DNA from: a virus
Taxonomy: Duplodnaviria; Caudoviricetes
IMG/VR virus record: IMGVR_UViG_3300027608_000010
Reading direction: 5' to 3' (one strand)
DNA length: 64,000 nucleotides
Shown: piece by piece, positions 32,049 to 43,038 of the stretch
Layout: each line of letters begins with the position of its first letter
How positions within the stretch are numbered: position 1 is the first letter of the stretch
The notes under the pieces: generated by a model
What the model was told of the DNA's origin: nothing
What the model saw: the letters and a program-made list of their open reading frames with translations, nothing else
Database searches by the model: none
Translations under genes and position numbers: made by a program

Positions 32049-34115
32049 TTAGTTTGTAAGCAGGTCCCAACAGTCGCAGTTACAATCTATAACAGATTGT
32101 ATTGCATCACTTGGAGTTATTACTGAGGGTAATAATGGTGTATTCGCAATATTGAATATATCCAAGTTAGTTGGTACTAATGTAGTTTCTTGGGATCCGG
32201 CTAAACTGCCGAGTGCTGTTGCAGCTCCTGTAATGGCGACAACACCTAATAACGGTCCCTCGGTCACCAACGGTTGTGTTGGATCTGCCGGGGAAGTTGG
32301 TACGCTCCCAGTTGTTTTGGGTATGAGTAGCGGTTCATTTTCGACACTGTTGTCTTGTTCTGCTCCCATTAAACCCAAGCGATATGCGTTTCTAGTTTCA
32401 CGCATTGACCCAATTAAACTATTTCCTCCTAAGGTAAGTATGTCAGATATTGACTCTAGAACTTGAGCGGGTCCGTTCTGCTCAGTTTCTTGGCTATATT
32501 GATTTAATAATCCCATAAATCCATATATGTCTCTGACTGTCGTTGATAAATCGGTTGTATTTGGTAATGCAAATTCTCTTGCATTTTGTTCTTTTAATAA
32601 CTTTGTACCAAATGCATTGTACAGGTTGTTTAGTTCAGTACTTTGTAATAATGATGTTTCTGATATATTGGTTAGTTCAATGTTTGCATTGTCTATCCAA
32701 CCCTGAAGTTGAGTGTAGTCTGTGCCTTGCAAAATAGTCAATATATTGGTGTAACAATTAATCAATGTAGGTGTTGTTATTGCATTGATTTTTAATTTTA
32801 ACTCATCCCAATCATAATGTAAATCTGTCATCGATCCAAAGAAATCACACATGGTGTAGAGACCATTATCACCGGTCCCCAAAGCAATAACGGCTAAGGC
32901 TGCATTAGCAGTAGCAGAGTCGGTTGGTTTGCTAGTTCCATTAACAGTCAAATCAGATACATTTTCTAAATTAACTACAACTTGACTAAATTTTTCAATA
33001 GGAATTGATTTAATTCTTTTAATTTGCATCATGCTAGTACCAAATGCATCACATGCATATGCTAACTCTGATGGCAATACTTGATCCAATCTTGCTCCGT
33101 ATAAATCACCCATAGTATTAACCTCAGTAGAAGTATACAATAGATAATATGTCTTACTGTTTGTTGGCCCAGGTGCAGTATTGTATTCCGGTACAGTTAT
33201 TGTCTGATAACTAGTAGGGAATAACTTTTTAGGATCTAACAAGTCAGCCAAACTTTGTAGATTTTCAGTTTGACAATTTAAAGGAATTAAAATATCAGAT
33301 AAATCTTCACCAACAATCATACAAAAGGCTGCATAGATTGATTGCTGTTGCTCAATTGAAGTTGGTGAGTTAGCTATAATTTTGTCTATATCGGCTGCGT
33401 TTATCCCAGCTGTCATTAATGCTAAATTAACAGATTTTGTAAATGCATTATACTTGTACATTGTTCGTATTAGATTAGTAGGATCTCCGAATGTATCAAT
33501 ACTAGTCAAATCAATTGCTTTACCGCTAGCAATTAAGTCTTGTCCCCAATAGAATGTACTTAGACTGACACCGGTAATATCACTAGTAATCAAATCATTC
33601 ATGTTACTATACATACCGTCTAAGTAAGTCAATGAATCAACAAATGATTGTATGGGTACATTAGATTGCTTCATTACTGCATAGCAACTGTTAAATGTGT
33701 TAACAAAATCAGAATAAGAACCATTGTTAATATGAAATTCATTATATGCTTGCAATGCTATTAATCTCAGCCATCCATAACTTGCTAATTCATTTGAATA
33801 AGTTTTTGTATATGTTGTTGGTTTACTATTACCTAGTGCAGGGATAGTAGTTGATCCAATACTTATTAAATTAGCATAAACTGTAGGGGAAATAGCACTA
33901 GATACAACTTTAGTCCATGCTAATTTCATTGCAGTTTTCAATGTACCTAGAACAGTATCATACACTACTGATCCTGCAGTTATTGTATAATTTGAAATAC
34001 TATTACTAGAACCCATAAATGTTGCCGCAGTTGGATTTATTCTTAATCCTTCATCCTGGATTAAAGATCCTAAGCAATTTAAATTTAGTGGGGTGTATTT
34101 TCCGTTTAAATTCAT
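32049..34115 (-). CDS. large putative virion (baseplate-associated) protein, 688 aa
   Basis: Follows PAAR; Thr/Ser/Asn-rich; C-terminal CNCDCW; no catalytic motif. Confidence 0.6.
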   Translation of the reverse strand: MNLNGKYTPLNLNCLGSLIQDEGLRINPTAATFMGSSNSISNYTITAGSVVYDTVLGTLKTAMKLAWTKVVSSAISPTVYANLISIGSTTIPALGNSKPTTYTKTYSNELASYGWLRLIALQAYNEFHINNGSYSDFVNTFNSCYAVMKQSNVPIQSFVDSLTYLDGMYSNMNDLITSDITGVSLSTFYWGQDLIASGKAIDLTSIDTFGDPTNLIRTMYKYNAFTKSVNLALMTAGINAADIDKIIANSPTSIEQQQSIYAAFCMIVGEDLSDILIPLNCQTENLQSLADLLDPKKLFPTSYQTITVPEYNTAPGPTNSKTYYLLYTSTEVNTMGDLYGARLDQVLPSELAYACDAFGTSMMQIKRIKSIPIEKFSQVVVNLENVSDLTVNGTSKPTDSATANAALAVIALGTGDNGLYTMCDFFGSMTDLHYDWDELKLKINAITTPTLINCYTNILTILQGTDYTQLQGWIDNANIELTNISETSLLQSTELNNLYNAFGTKLLKEQNAREFALPNTTDLSTTVRDIYGFMGLLNQYSQETEQNGPAQVLESISDILTLGGNSLIGSMRETRNAYRLGLMGAEQDNSVENEPLLIPKTTGSVPTSPADPTQPLVTEGPLLGVVAITGAATALGSLAGSQETTLVPTNLDIFNIANTPLLPSVITPSDAIQSVIDCNCDCWDLLTN

Positions 34116-34393
34116 GGTACAAATACGTCAGGACTGCCTTCAACAATACTGTGACCACAACTATTAGTAGATGTGATTCTTAGTACCGGGTCACCCTCAG
34201 CAAATACTGTAGGGCTTGCACTTGTTGTTGTGGCAGCATCATGGGGCGGATGCGGCGGGCCCCATGGACTGTGTGGGGTAATAAGACTAACATGTAGTCC
34301 TACTTGTATACCATTGACAATCACCGTTGGAGCGCCGCGCACTATTGCGCCTCCCTCTTGATTCTTGTCACCCACACGACTTAAATTTGGCAT
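34112..34393 (-). CDS. PAAR-domain tail spike tip protein
   Basis: SRVGD...GAPTVIVNG...PHSP...H...VFAEG...CGHSIVEGSPDVFV. Confidence 0.9.
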   Translation of the reverse strand: MPNLSRVGDKNQEGGAIVRGAPTVIVNGIQVGLHVSLITPHSPWGPPHPPHDAATTTSASPTVFAEGDPVLRITSTNSCGHSIVEGSPDVFVP

Positions 34394-34395
34394 TA

Positions 34396-34695
34396 CTATC
34401 CTAAAATAATCTTCTTCTCAGGCATTTTAATTCCTGTTGTTGCTTCTAAATACTTGTCTGCAATACTTTCTTCAGTAAATGCATAAAGTGAAATACTACT
34501 AGTATTTATTCTTATTTCTTTGTCAATATCTGCTGTGAACATGCTTGGAATCATCTGCATTCCTTGCTGGCCGGGAGCAATACTGACTGGATTTGTCACT
34601 ACAACACATCCCTGACCAAGATGTACTCCTGTTACTTTGGCAATTAATTCTTCACCTGAATTCAATTTAATTGTATATGTTTTTCCAACTTCCAT
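34396..34695 (-). CDS. small Sm-like hypothetical protein typical of T4-like phages
   Basis: TIKLNSGEELIAKV...YLEATTGI pattern. Confidence 0.6.
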   Translation of the reverse strand: MEVGKTYTIKLNSGEELIAKVTGVHLGQGCVVVTNPVSIAPGQQGMQMIPSMFTADIDKEIRINTSSISLYAFTEESIADKYLEATTGIKMPEKKIILG

Positions 34696-34925
34696 TATAC
34701 GCTTTCTGTTAATTTTGTTCTGAGTTCATTAAACCCACCCACATATTCATCATCTAAGAAAATTTGTGGCACCGTTCTGGCAGTTGGAACTGCTTCTAAT
34801 AATTCTTCACGTGTGAATCCGTCACCAATCTTACGTTCTTCAAACTCTATTCCTCTACTCTCTAACAATGCCTTTGCTTGGTCGCAATAAGGACAGTGGT
34901 ACTTACTCCATACTATTGCTTTCAT
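34695..34925 (-). CDS. glutaredoxin
   Basis: CPYC active site and TVPQIF...VGGF. Confidence 0.95.
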   Translation of the reverse strand: MKAIVWSKYHCPYCDQAKALLESRGIEFEERKIGDGFTREELLEAVPTARTVPQIFLDDEYVGGFNELRTKLTESV

Positions 34926-34926
34926 T

Positions 34927-35070
34927 TTATCTCCAAAAGAATAGTATTGCTTTTAATCTATCAATATACTTTTGCAAGTATTTGACTTGAATGTCTTTTG
35001 CATATTGTGGTTGAGGGAAGTTCCAACCCATAAATGCTCCTACTACTATCCAAAATAATGTTTCTAACAT
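34927..35070 (-). CDS. small membrane protein, 47 aa (MLETLFWIVVGAFMGWNFPQPQYAK...)
   Basis: Hand-translated; GGAGAAAAGG RBS; fills the nrdB-glutaredoxin gap. Confidence 0.7.
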   Translation of the reverse strand: MLETLFWIVVGAFMGWNFPQPQYAKDIQVKYLQKYIDRLKAILFFWR

Positions 35071-35081
35071 ACCTTTTCTCC

Positions 35082-36185
35082 TTATAAAACTGGTAATTCG
35101 TCATACTCAACTACATCTGACATAACGCCAATAACATAGTTAGTACTTTCTGTTTCTTGTAGTGCTGATTGTTTTTTGTTGATATTCACATGCTTATTGA
35201 ACCACGGAATAGGACTATGCTTTGGGTGATTCTCATTATATTTAATACCAATATCTTTCAGGCGATTAAAAGCTGTATAATCTACAAAGTCTGATAATAT
35301 CTCAGCATTTAATCCAATCACAACGCCTCGACTGAATAGATAATGTGCCCATTCTTTTTCTTCACGTATAACATCCATATACAATTCATATACTTCACGT
35401 TCACATTGTTGTTTTGCTATAACAAATCTTGGATCATCTTTAACTACGTTATTAATTAACCAAGCTGTCCATTCTGCATGTAGTATTTCATCTTGCAATA
35501 TCAAACTGATAATGTTTCCGTTACCAATGTAAATCTTGTTCTCTACCATAGCAAGACTTGTTGCAAAACTAACCATGAAGCGTAATGCCTCTAATGCATA
35601 GCTAGCATTCAATGCCATCCAAATACTGTTAATATGTTCTTGATGTCCTACTTTGCTAGGATCTAATTCTTTCAAACAATTTAGTTGATGTAGTTCATCA
35701 TAATATTTGCCTACACTACTAGACATTTCAACTATTTCTTTTGTATCGTGAATTTTATTGAATTCTTCTTTAGGAACACCATATACGTTCCTAATAATAT
35801 GACTGTAAGATTTTGAGTGTATATTAGTTTCAAAGAAACTCCAATTGCTAACTAATGCTTCAAGTTCTGGAATACTGATTACGGGCGAAAATACTTGACT
35901 CGGTGCACGACCTTGAATAGAGTCTAATGCAGTTTGTCTTAGTAAGTTGCTAGTAAAGATATGCTTAATTGCATCGCTACTATCCTTATGGTCAATCTTA
36001 TCTTTTGTTAAACTAATTTCTTCTGGCACCCAAAAGAAACCACGTGCCGTTTCTTCATACTTAGCAAGTCTTGGGTACTTGACTTCTTCAAATCGTTGTA
36101 CAGTTACAGGACCTTCAGGATCTAAAAACATTGTACGTTTTAGATAATTGGTTTGTTTACTTAAATTATATTGGTCTTTACTCAT
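35082..36185 (-). CDS. nrdB: class Ia ribonucleotide reductase beta subunit
   Basis: Di-iron ligands ALD, FETNIHSKSY (radical Tyr), ALEALRF, QDEILH; ATGA-coupled to nrdA. Confidence 0.96.
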   Translation of the reverse strand: MSKDQYNLSKQTNYLKRTMFLDPEGPVTVQRFEEVKYPRLAKYEETARGFFWVPEEISLTKDKIDHKDSSDAIKHIFTSNLLRQTALDSIQGRAPSQVFSPVISIPELEALVSNWSFFETNIHSKSYSHIIRNVYGVPKEEFNKIHDTKEIVEMSSSVGKYYDELHQLNCLKELDPSKVGHQEHINSIWMALNASYALEALRFMVSFATSLAMVENKIYIGNGNIISLILQDEILHAEWTAWLINNVVKDDPRFVIAKQQCEREVYELYMDVIREEKEWAHYLFSRGVVIGLNAEILSDFVDYTAFNRLKDIGIKYNENHPKHSPIPWFNKHVNINKKQSALQETESTNYVIGVMSDVVEYDELPVL

Positions 36186-38503
36186 AATACACAACTCTCA
36201 CAATATTCTTCATCTTCAATAGTATCTTGCTTTACAAAAGGAATGATATTATCTTCTTGTAATGCTGCCTTGCTGCCCACTTTATTAATCAAACTATAAT
36301 AGATAGTTTTGATACCCCATTTATATGCTAGCATTAAATTCTTAGCAATTAATGTACCGGGTACTTTACCTTCAGCAAAGTATGCAGGATTGTAGAATGT
36401 GTTAGTACTTAGACTTTGGTCAATATATACTGCTAACACTGCTGAAGTTTTCAAATACTCTACACAATCTTTTTGATCCCACATCATTTGATAACGATTC
36501 TTTAAACGTTTGTACTCTGGCACGACTTGTACAAACGAACCAGCCTTTGATTCCTTCACAGAAATCAATTCCATCGGCATTTCAATTCCGTTGGTGGAGT
36601 TTAACACAACTGAGCTGGATTCGACCGGTGCCACGGCCATTAAAGTTGCATTGCGAATGCCATACTTCAATAATTTTTCACGTAGACTTTCCCAATCCAT
36701 ACTAGGACTGAAATCTGTCAATTCATTAACACCCTCACTTCTACGTTCCCAAGGGAATATACCTTGACCATAGAATGTATGTTGACTACGTTGACATGCA
36801 CCGCGTTCTTGTGCTAATTCTACGCTTGTTTCTGTTAGATAGTATGCTTGATGTTCCATCCAACGCTTTACTTCTGCCAATGCTTCTGGCTCGCCGTATC
36901 TAAAACTACGCTTTGCATGCCAGTAAGCTAAATTGGTAATCCCTACACCAAGAGGTTCGAAATCTAAGTTAGCTAACTTACTCTGTATACTGAGGAAGTC
37001 TTGATAGCTAAGGAGATTACTTAAACTTCTGACTAATACTCTACATGCCTTACGCATTTCTTGGGGCGTCCTAAACGCACCCCAGTTCACACTGCCCAAT
37101 GTACATAATGCAATGCGACCTGCCTCGTCTTCAATACGTTGAAAAGGCTTTGTAGGTAATAGTATTTCTTGGCAAAGGTTACTCTGATAAATCGGATCAA
37201 GTTTAGTATCAAACGGACCCTGATTAATTACGTTATCAATGAATACTAGATAGATACGACCTGTGTCAGTACGTTCTTTTAGTATTCCATTTTTAAATAT
37301 TTCTACTGCGGGCAATACTTTCTTTTTGATGCCACGTTTTTGTTCGTACATATTGTACAATGTTTCAAATTCTTCACTATCACGATAGTATGCTTCATAT
37401 AAGTCTGGTACGTCATGCGGATCAAACAACGTGATGTTTTCATTCTTAGCAAAACGATTAAAGAACATCTTGTTGACTACAACACTGTAATCCATTTGAC
37501 GTACACGTGTTTCTTCTGTACCTTGATTGTTCTTCAACACAATCAAATCTTCAAACTGATAGTGCCATACTGGAAATGTAACTGTACAACTGGCATTACG
37601 TACACCACCTTGACTGCAACTACGTAGATCGCCAAACCATTTCTTTAAGAAAGGAATCATACCAGTATGTTTAATCTCACCGTTACGAATGGGTGCACCT
37701 AGTGGTCTGATTCTTCCAATCTCTAATCCTATGCCAGCACGTTTGCTAGCATACTTAGCCATCATTTCGCCGGCCGCGAAAATACTGTCCAAAGTGTCAT
37801 CCGAAGTAATAAGTACACAACTACTAAACTGTTTAGTAGTAGTTCCAAGACCTGCCAACACGGGCGTAGCAAGAGTGAAATGACCTTCACTGGCACATTC
37901 ATAATATTCTTTAACATATTTTAATCTTTTTTCTTTGGGTTCATTGTGGAAAGCAGTGGCGGCTGCCACTGCATATCTTACTTGCGGGCTTTCATAGATT
38001 TGACCAGTAGCACGGTTCTGCACTAAGTACTTTTCTGCTAACTGTGCGATAGCCGCATAAGTGTAATTTTCGTCCTTGCTATGGTCTAAAAACAAATCAA
38101 TGATATCCCATTCATCCTTTGTATACCAATCTAATAATTCACTAGTATACATGCCAGCGTCAACATTAGTTTTGACAATATCATAAAGTGGGGGAGGTAT
38201 ATATGTGCCGTATACGCTTTTACGTAGCATTGATACCTTTTGTCTACCAGCTACATATTGATAGTTGACATTATTAATGTCTGGATTCTCTGTTTCATCA
38301 ATTAAATTAACCATTGCTTTAAGCAATAGTTCATCGATTGTTTCAGTACTTATACCATCGTGTAATTCTATTTGAGATTTTATCTCTATCATGCTTGGGC
38401 TAACGTTATCTATGCCCTTGCAGTCATGTGCTACTTGTCTCTGTATTTTTGCTATATCTAGTGGTACTATTTTGCCGTTGCGCTTAACTACGTTTATATT
38501 CAT
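36182..38503 (-). CDS. nrdA: class Ia ribonucleotide reductase alpha subunit with ATP-cone
   Basis: VVKRNG ATP-cone, FSSC, SNLCQE, CTLG, C-terminal CESC. Confidence 0.97.
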   Translation of the reverse strand: MNINVVKRNGKIVPLDIAKIQRQVAHDCKGIDNVSPSMIEIKSQIELHDGISTETIDELLLKAMVNLIDETENPDINNVNYQYVAGRQKVSMLRKSVYGTYIPPPLYDIVKTNVDAGMYTSELLDWYTKDEWDIIDLFLDHSKDENYTYAAIAQLAEKYLVQNRATGQIYESPQVRYAVAAATAFHNEPKEKRLKYVKEYYECASEGHFTLATPVLAGLGTTTKQFSSCVLITSDDTLDSIFAAGEMMAKYASKRAGIGLEIGRIRPLGAPIRNGEIKHTGMIPFLKKWFGDLRSCSQGGVRNASCTVTFPVWHYQFEDLIVLKNNQGTEETRVRQMDYSVVVNKMFFNRFAKNENITLFDPHDVPDLYEAYYRDSEEFETLYNMYEQKRGIKKKVLPAVEIFKNGILKERTDTGRIYLVFIDNVINQGPFDTKLDPIYQSNLCQEILLPTKPFQRIEDEAGRIALCTLGSVNWGAFRTPQEMRKACRVLVRSLSNLLSYQDFLSIQSKLANLDFEPLGVGITNLAYWHAKRSFRYGEPEALAEVKRWMEHQAYYLTETSVELAQERGACQRSQHTFYGQGIFPWERRSEGVNELTDFSPSMDWESLREKLLKYGIRNATLMAVAPVESSSVVLNSTNGIEMPMELISVKESKAGSFVQVVPEYKRLKNRYQMMWDQKDCVEYLKTSAVLAVYIDQSLSTNTFYNPAYFAEGKVPGTLIAKNLMLAYKWGIKTIYYSLINKVGSKAALQEDNIIPFVKQDTIEDEEYCESCVL

Positions 38504-38514
38504 TGTATTCCCTG

Positions 38515-38949
38515 TTATAGTTTTGATTGTATGTGTGATATGTCTACGTGACGTTTGATGGTAAAATCGCTTAGTGTATTACTTAGTGCAGTATCGGGCC
38601 AATAACTAAGTATATATTTTGCGTTATCAACCAGGACTAATACCACATCATCGCCCGTTTTATCAGTAGCCTCAATCAATTCTATATCGTTTTCTCCTGT
38701 CAGTAGTAGAGTATAACACATTCCTACTGCTCTTGCAACAGTACAATAGGTATTTTCTACCAAAAGATCCCAGGGGCCGGGCCAAGTTTTGCTGTCCAAA
38801 ATGTGTAAATGATGATTGACTAATGGTGCATCTTGCCACCAACGGTCAATTTCCACACATTTGGTTTGTATATCTTGGGATTCTATTTTTTTTCTGAGTT
38901 CGTACCAACTACGTAGTCTGGTATCATAGTTTTGTTGAAATACATTCAT
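38515..38949 (-). CDS. hypothetical phage protein, 144 aa
   Basis: ORF upstream of nrdA preceded by GATAAGTA. Confidence 0.7.
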   Translation of the reverse strand: MNVFQQNYDTRLRSWYELRKKIESQDIQTKCVEIDRWWQDAPLVNHHLHILDSKTWPGPWDLLVENTYCTVARAVGMCYTLLLTGENDIELIEATDKTGDDVVLVLVDNAKYILSYWPDTALSNTLSDFTIKRHVDISHIQSKL

Positions 38950-39078
38950 TAGATAACTACTTATCTAATATGAAACCAGCAAGTTAGTTTTATTTTTATG
39001 CTGTAAAGATTCCAAAACTAGGGAATCTGTTAATCCAAGTAGTTTGCGCTCCGGCTCCGGCAGGTGTAATTAGTGATA

Positions 39079-39348
39079 TCAGGCTTCAGGTTTAGGATAT
39101 TTAACCTTGACTGCTTGTACTTTGGACAGCATTTCAGTTGCGGCATCCCCGCCTTTCCATAATGCATCAAGTTGGTCGCCTATTGGTGGATACTCAGCCG
39201 CACGTTTGGCTTTGTATGCGTTAGGGTCAACCCAAGCATTGACGGCATCCATGTCAAGTTCAACTTTGTTGCCTTGGACATCAAATGCTTCATCTTCCAC
39301 AGTCTTAACGACTTGTGAATAGAGTGCATAAACAGCTTGTACATTCAT
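39079..39348 (-). CDS. tail-fibre assembly/chaperone-like small protein
   Basis: YKAKRAAEYPPIGDQLDALW...VKVKYPKP motif typical of genes following phage fibre genes. Confidence 0.7.
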   Translation of the reverse strand: MNVQAVYALYSQVVKTVEDEAFDVQGNKVELDMDAVNAWVDPNAYKAKRAAEYPPIGDQLDALWKGGDAATEMLSKVQAVKVKYPKPEA

Positions 39349-39989
39349 CCTGCCACCTCATAAATTGTTATTGAAGACACGGCAACTCCACCATCTATGC
39401 GACCGCCTCCTCGACCATTCATTGTTACTGTGCCAGCAGCCTCACTTCCAGCACGAACTCTAAATGTTGTTGACGATGTTGTTCCAGCGGTCATACTAAA
39501 GGTATATGACATAGGCAAACTCAAGCCAGAAGCAAGTGCACCATAAAATTGGGCTGCAATTGCATTTACTGTACTATCTTGGAACATTGCAACAGTCAAA
39601 GAATTTACATTGTTTTTATCTAATTGAATAGTTACGTTAATAATCAATTTATTTGTTGCGCTTGTTGGCGTAATTGCCAAAGTCATAAACTCAGTACCCT
39701 CAGTTATTTGAGGTATGGTGTCATCAAGTGGAATTGTTCCTGTTCCTGTTGCTACTGCGCCAGTTTGAAAAGTTGCAACTTGTAACACCGATCCTCTTTG
39801 ACGAAGTATGGGATCGCCAGAACCAACCATTGCTGCGCCGCCCATTTTAACCCATTGAACGGTTTTTCCATCAACACCTATTCTTTTGAATAATTCATTT
39901 GTACTTGGTTTGTAATACTCATCACCGATAGAAGCAACATCTGGTGCAACTTCGGTAATGGTATGCTTAAAGGGTTTAGAAGATGACAC
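39345..39989 (-). CDS. short tail-fibre/receptor-binding protein
   Basis: Beta-rich C-terminal domain GSVLQV...SSITIYEVAG; probable GTG start at 39989. Confidence 0.6.
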   Translation of the reverse strand: MSSSKPFKHTITEVAPDVASIGDEYYKPSTNELFKRIGVDGKTVQWVKMGGAAMVGSGDPILRQRGSVLQVATFQTGAVATGTGTIPLDDTIPQITEGTEFMTLAITPTSATNKLIINVTIQLDKNNVNSLTVAMFQDSTVNAIAAQFYGALASGLSLPMSYTFSMTAGTTSSTTFRVRAGSEAAGTVTMNGRGGGRIDGGVAVSSITIYEVAG

Positions 39990-39994
39990 AGTGA

Positions 39995-42900
39995 TTACGC
40001 CTGTGCTTCTGTCCAAGATAAACGCGGTAAGATGTTTCCAGTTGCACTTAAACAAGTAGCACAAACAGTGATGACATCAGGACCATCTGGGAATTTACCT
40101 AATGCAGTAGTTGGCACAAGTGCGTTAGGTACACCTGATGTTGTTGGACCACCACCTAAGATATTAGTTCCAATATCTCGAACCAGTGTCAATTCTTGTT
40201 GTGTAACACCAGTTGTATTAGTAAAGAATGAGAACATACTTTCACCACCAGCAACCGTTTGTGTAATACCATGAACAGCATATTGTGCTAAACTTGAACC
40301 ACCTACTGGTACAAATGTACCTGCACTTGGTGAACCATTCAAGATAATATCAATACGAAACGCTACGCTTGTGTTAACGTCCATTTGTCGTAAAACTAAC
40401 TGCATGCGGTTAATAATTTCACGTGCACCTAACAAACCAGTTTGACCTGAATCAACGCTTGGGCTAACACGCAAACTAATTAATGGTACACGTTGATTTT
40501 GTTGTCCACTAGTAAATGCAAATGCTGTGTTAACACCTACGTTGAACACCAATGATTTATCATCATCATAACGACCATCCATAATAACTGAACTACCCCA
40601 ATGATTAATTGTAGTGGCAATTAGTGGACTATATAAACTAATTCTAATCGGAGCAGTAACACTGTATGTAAATGTTGTTGCCGCTGAACCACCTGTCTGA
40701 CCTCTAGCAGTGATTGTCAATGTAGTATTAGTTTTGGCGCTATATGTGATGTACTCAATAACTGCACCGGTAGCTCCGGATTGTGTTAAGTAAGCTGTAC
40801 CACTACTTGGCCATCTACTAAAATCTGCACCACTGATTGTTGCACCTGTAGTTGCGGCGCTTGCTAATGTAGCTGTTAAATATGTAGTAAAAGCAATAGT
40901 GTTTGTTTCATAACGAGTACACATATTACCTGAACGCATCCATGCTAGATAATTTAAGTTATTGTTAGGAATACGATGACAATACATAATGTCACCTCGA
41001 GTATTTCTAAATCCAAAACGAATCTCACCTGCACCATACCATGAATAGTCCATGTAGAACATTTGCATTTTTGTTAAGTCAAGATTGAAGCCACTTACAC
41101 CGGTGCCATTAGATTTATCTATATTCCATTCTGATTGTACAAATTTAGTATCAATTGTTTTACTGACAACTATATTGGAAGACGTTACACCTCTATATTC
41201 AGGATATATTTGCATTACTGTATCACTAGTAATACCCTGAACCAAATAACTTTGCCCACGAATAACTATGTAATCACCGGGTTTTAATTGATCAGAGAAA
41301 GTAGTTGCTGTTCCAGTAACAGCTTGACTTGAGTTAGTTGCCGCAACAACCCCACTTAATTGATATGTACTTGAACGTTTTACTACTGATATTGTTTGAC
41401 CGTCATATTCAAAGAACAATCCGTTTTGTTGGTCAAACATACCAATTCTATTAGAAGCATTATACCATAAATATGGACTTATGTATATCGGAAAGCCCGT
41501 AGCTGGTGATGCTGAAGGGGTTGATAATGCAGTATATGTGAACGACATTCGTGTAGGTACTGTGACAATAGTGAATATACCGTTATAAGCTGTTTGAGTC
41601 GCGCCAACTACTTGAATCTGTGCGCCAACTGCTAGGCCATGTGTTATTTTACATGTTACCGTAACTGTTGTACCACTAGATGTTATGGAATCTTGCCATA
41701 ATTGCGGCTTCAAAATTGTGCCAGTTGAAAACTGTAGACCCTTACCAGATTGATAACGGAAGTAACGACGGGTTTGTCGAATAACTTGATAGCCGTGTGT
41801 AGCATATCCATTACTAAATTGAACACCACCACTCCACGGACTATGTTCAACATAACCAGTTGCTCTTGCATAGAATGTTGCATTCAGTGTTGCGGTTGGT
41901 GTACCTGTTGCCGCTGTAGCAAAAGTAAATGTATTGTTAGTTGGTGTAGACACTACTACCACAGTAGTATTATTAATTGCTGTTACAGTACCAACACCAG
42001 TTAGGTATACATGATTACCAACTTGTAACCCATGTGCGTTTGTAGTAGTTACTGTACATGAACTAGCCGCAATGGCTGCAAATGCGCTAGTACCTGCAGG
42101 AATTACGGCACCTGTAAAGAATGTACCTGCAAATACATATGTTTTAGTAGCATCTATTAACGTAGCACTAATCATTGTTGGGGCAGTTAATGTAATATAT
42201 GTGAACACACCTGTTGTTGGGCTACTGGTGTTACAAATCCACCAGCCATCAGCATTACCCATGTCAAGTGTATTTTGAATAAATAATGTTTGACCTGCAG
42301 TTGGTATAGTCGCAGAGAATACGATTGTACCTGCAGTATTTGCTAACTGACTGATGATAGTAATTTGAGTCGCACTATCAATAGAAAGAATAGTTGTTAT
42401 ACCTGCACCAAATGCACCAGTACCACTAAATTTAGTAATAGCCATACCAGGATATAAACCGTTTACGCTTGCTAAACCAGTGATTGTTGAAACCGTAGTT
42501 GCACCAACAATTGTACCACCAGTAAACGATAACGCAGTTGCAGTAACAGTGGTAGTTGATGATGTTAATGTAGTTAATGGAATAGGAGCAGTTGGATCAT
42601 AGAATGCACTGGGACGATTATTAAGTAAGTTAATACTTTCCCATTTAGTTGGCTGCACCCCGTATTCAAAGTCAGTATCAATCAATGATTGCGGCATACT
42701 AACACGCATTTTACCTACTGGGTCCATTTGTGCTTCTGCTGGAGTTATTTCACTATATGTTTCTTCAACAATAATAGACAACTTATCTGTACTACTATGA
42801 CTTGACGTAGTGTACGCAGTAATGATTGTGGTTGTCTCTAATCCAGTTGTTGAACTTATGCTGTTAGTGATAGTAGCGGTTAAACTAGGATCGCTGAAGT

Positions 42901-43033
42901 TATAAATTACTGTACCTCTAGTTACGTTAGTAATCAACAACAATTGTTCTGCTCTGATAAATTTGCCCGAGACAACAACAGTATTGGTGCTCGGTGTAAA
43001 TGTATAGCTTTCTAATATTACGTGTTTTGCCAT
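39995..43033 (-). CDS. virion structural/tail protein, 1012 aa
   Basis: Thr/Ser/Gly-rich with repeated VTVT..HGL.VG modules; located in the tail cluster. Confidence 0.7.
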   Translation of the reverse strand: MAKHVILESYTFTPSTNTVVVSGKFIRAEQLLLITNVTRGTVIYNFSDPSLTATITNSISSTTGLETTTIITAYTTSSHSSTDKLSIIVEETYSEITPAEAQMDPVGKMRVSMPQSLIDTDFEYGVQPTKWESINLLNNRPSAFYDPTAPIPLTTLTSSTTTVTATALSFTGGTIVGATTVSTITGLASVNGLYPGMAITKFSGTGAFGAGITTILSIDSATQITIISQLANTAGTIVFSATIPTAGQTLFIQNTLDMGNADGWWICNTSSPTTGVFTYITLTAPTMISATLIDATKTYVFAGTFFTGAVIPAGTSAFAAIAASSCTVTTTNAHGLQVGNHVYLTGVGTVTAINNTTVVVVSTPTNNTFTFATAATGTPTATLNATFYARATGYVEHSPWSGGVQFSNGYATHGYQVIRQTRRYFRYQSGKGLQFSTGTILKPQLWQDSITSSGTTVTVTCKITHGLAVGAQIQVVGATQTAYNGIFTIVTVPTRMSFTYTALSTPSASPATGFPIYISPYLWYNASNRIGMFDQQNGLFFEYDGQTISVVKRSSTYQLSGVVAATNSSQAVTGTATTFSDQLKPGDYIVIRGQSYLVQGITSDTVMQIYPEYRGVTSSNIVVSKTIDTKFVQSEWNIDKSNGTGVSGFNLDLTKMQMFYMDYSWYGAGEIRFGFRNTRGDIMYCHRIPNNNLNYLAWMRSGNMCTRYETNTIAFTTYLTATLASAATTGATISGADFSRWPSSGTAYLTQSGATGAVIEYITYSAKTNTTLTITARGQTGGSAATTFTYSVTAPIRISLYSPLIATTINHWGSSVIMDGRYDDDKSLVFNVGVNTAFAFTSGQQNQRVPLISLRVSPSVDSGQTGLLGAREIINRMQLVLRQMDVNTSVAFRIDIILNGSPSAGTFVPVGGSSLAQYAVHGITQTVAGGESMFSFFTNTTGVTQQELTLVRDIGTNILGGGPTTSGVPNALVPTTALGKFPDGPDVITVCATCLSATGNILPRLSWTEAQA

Positions 43034-43038
43034 TTTAA

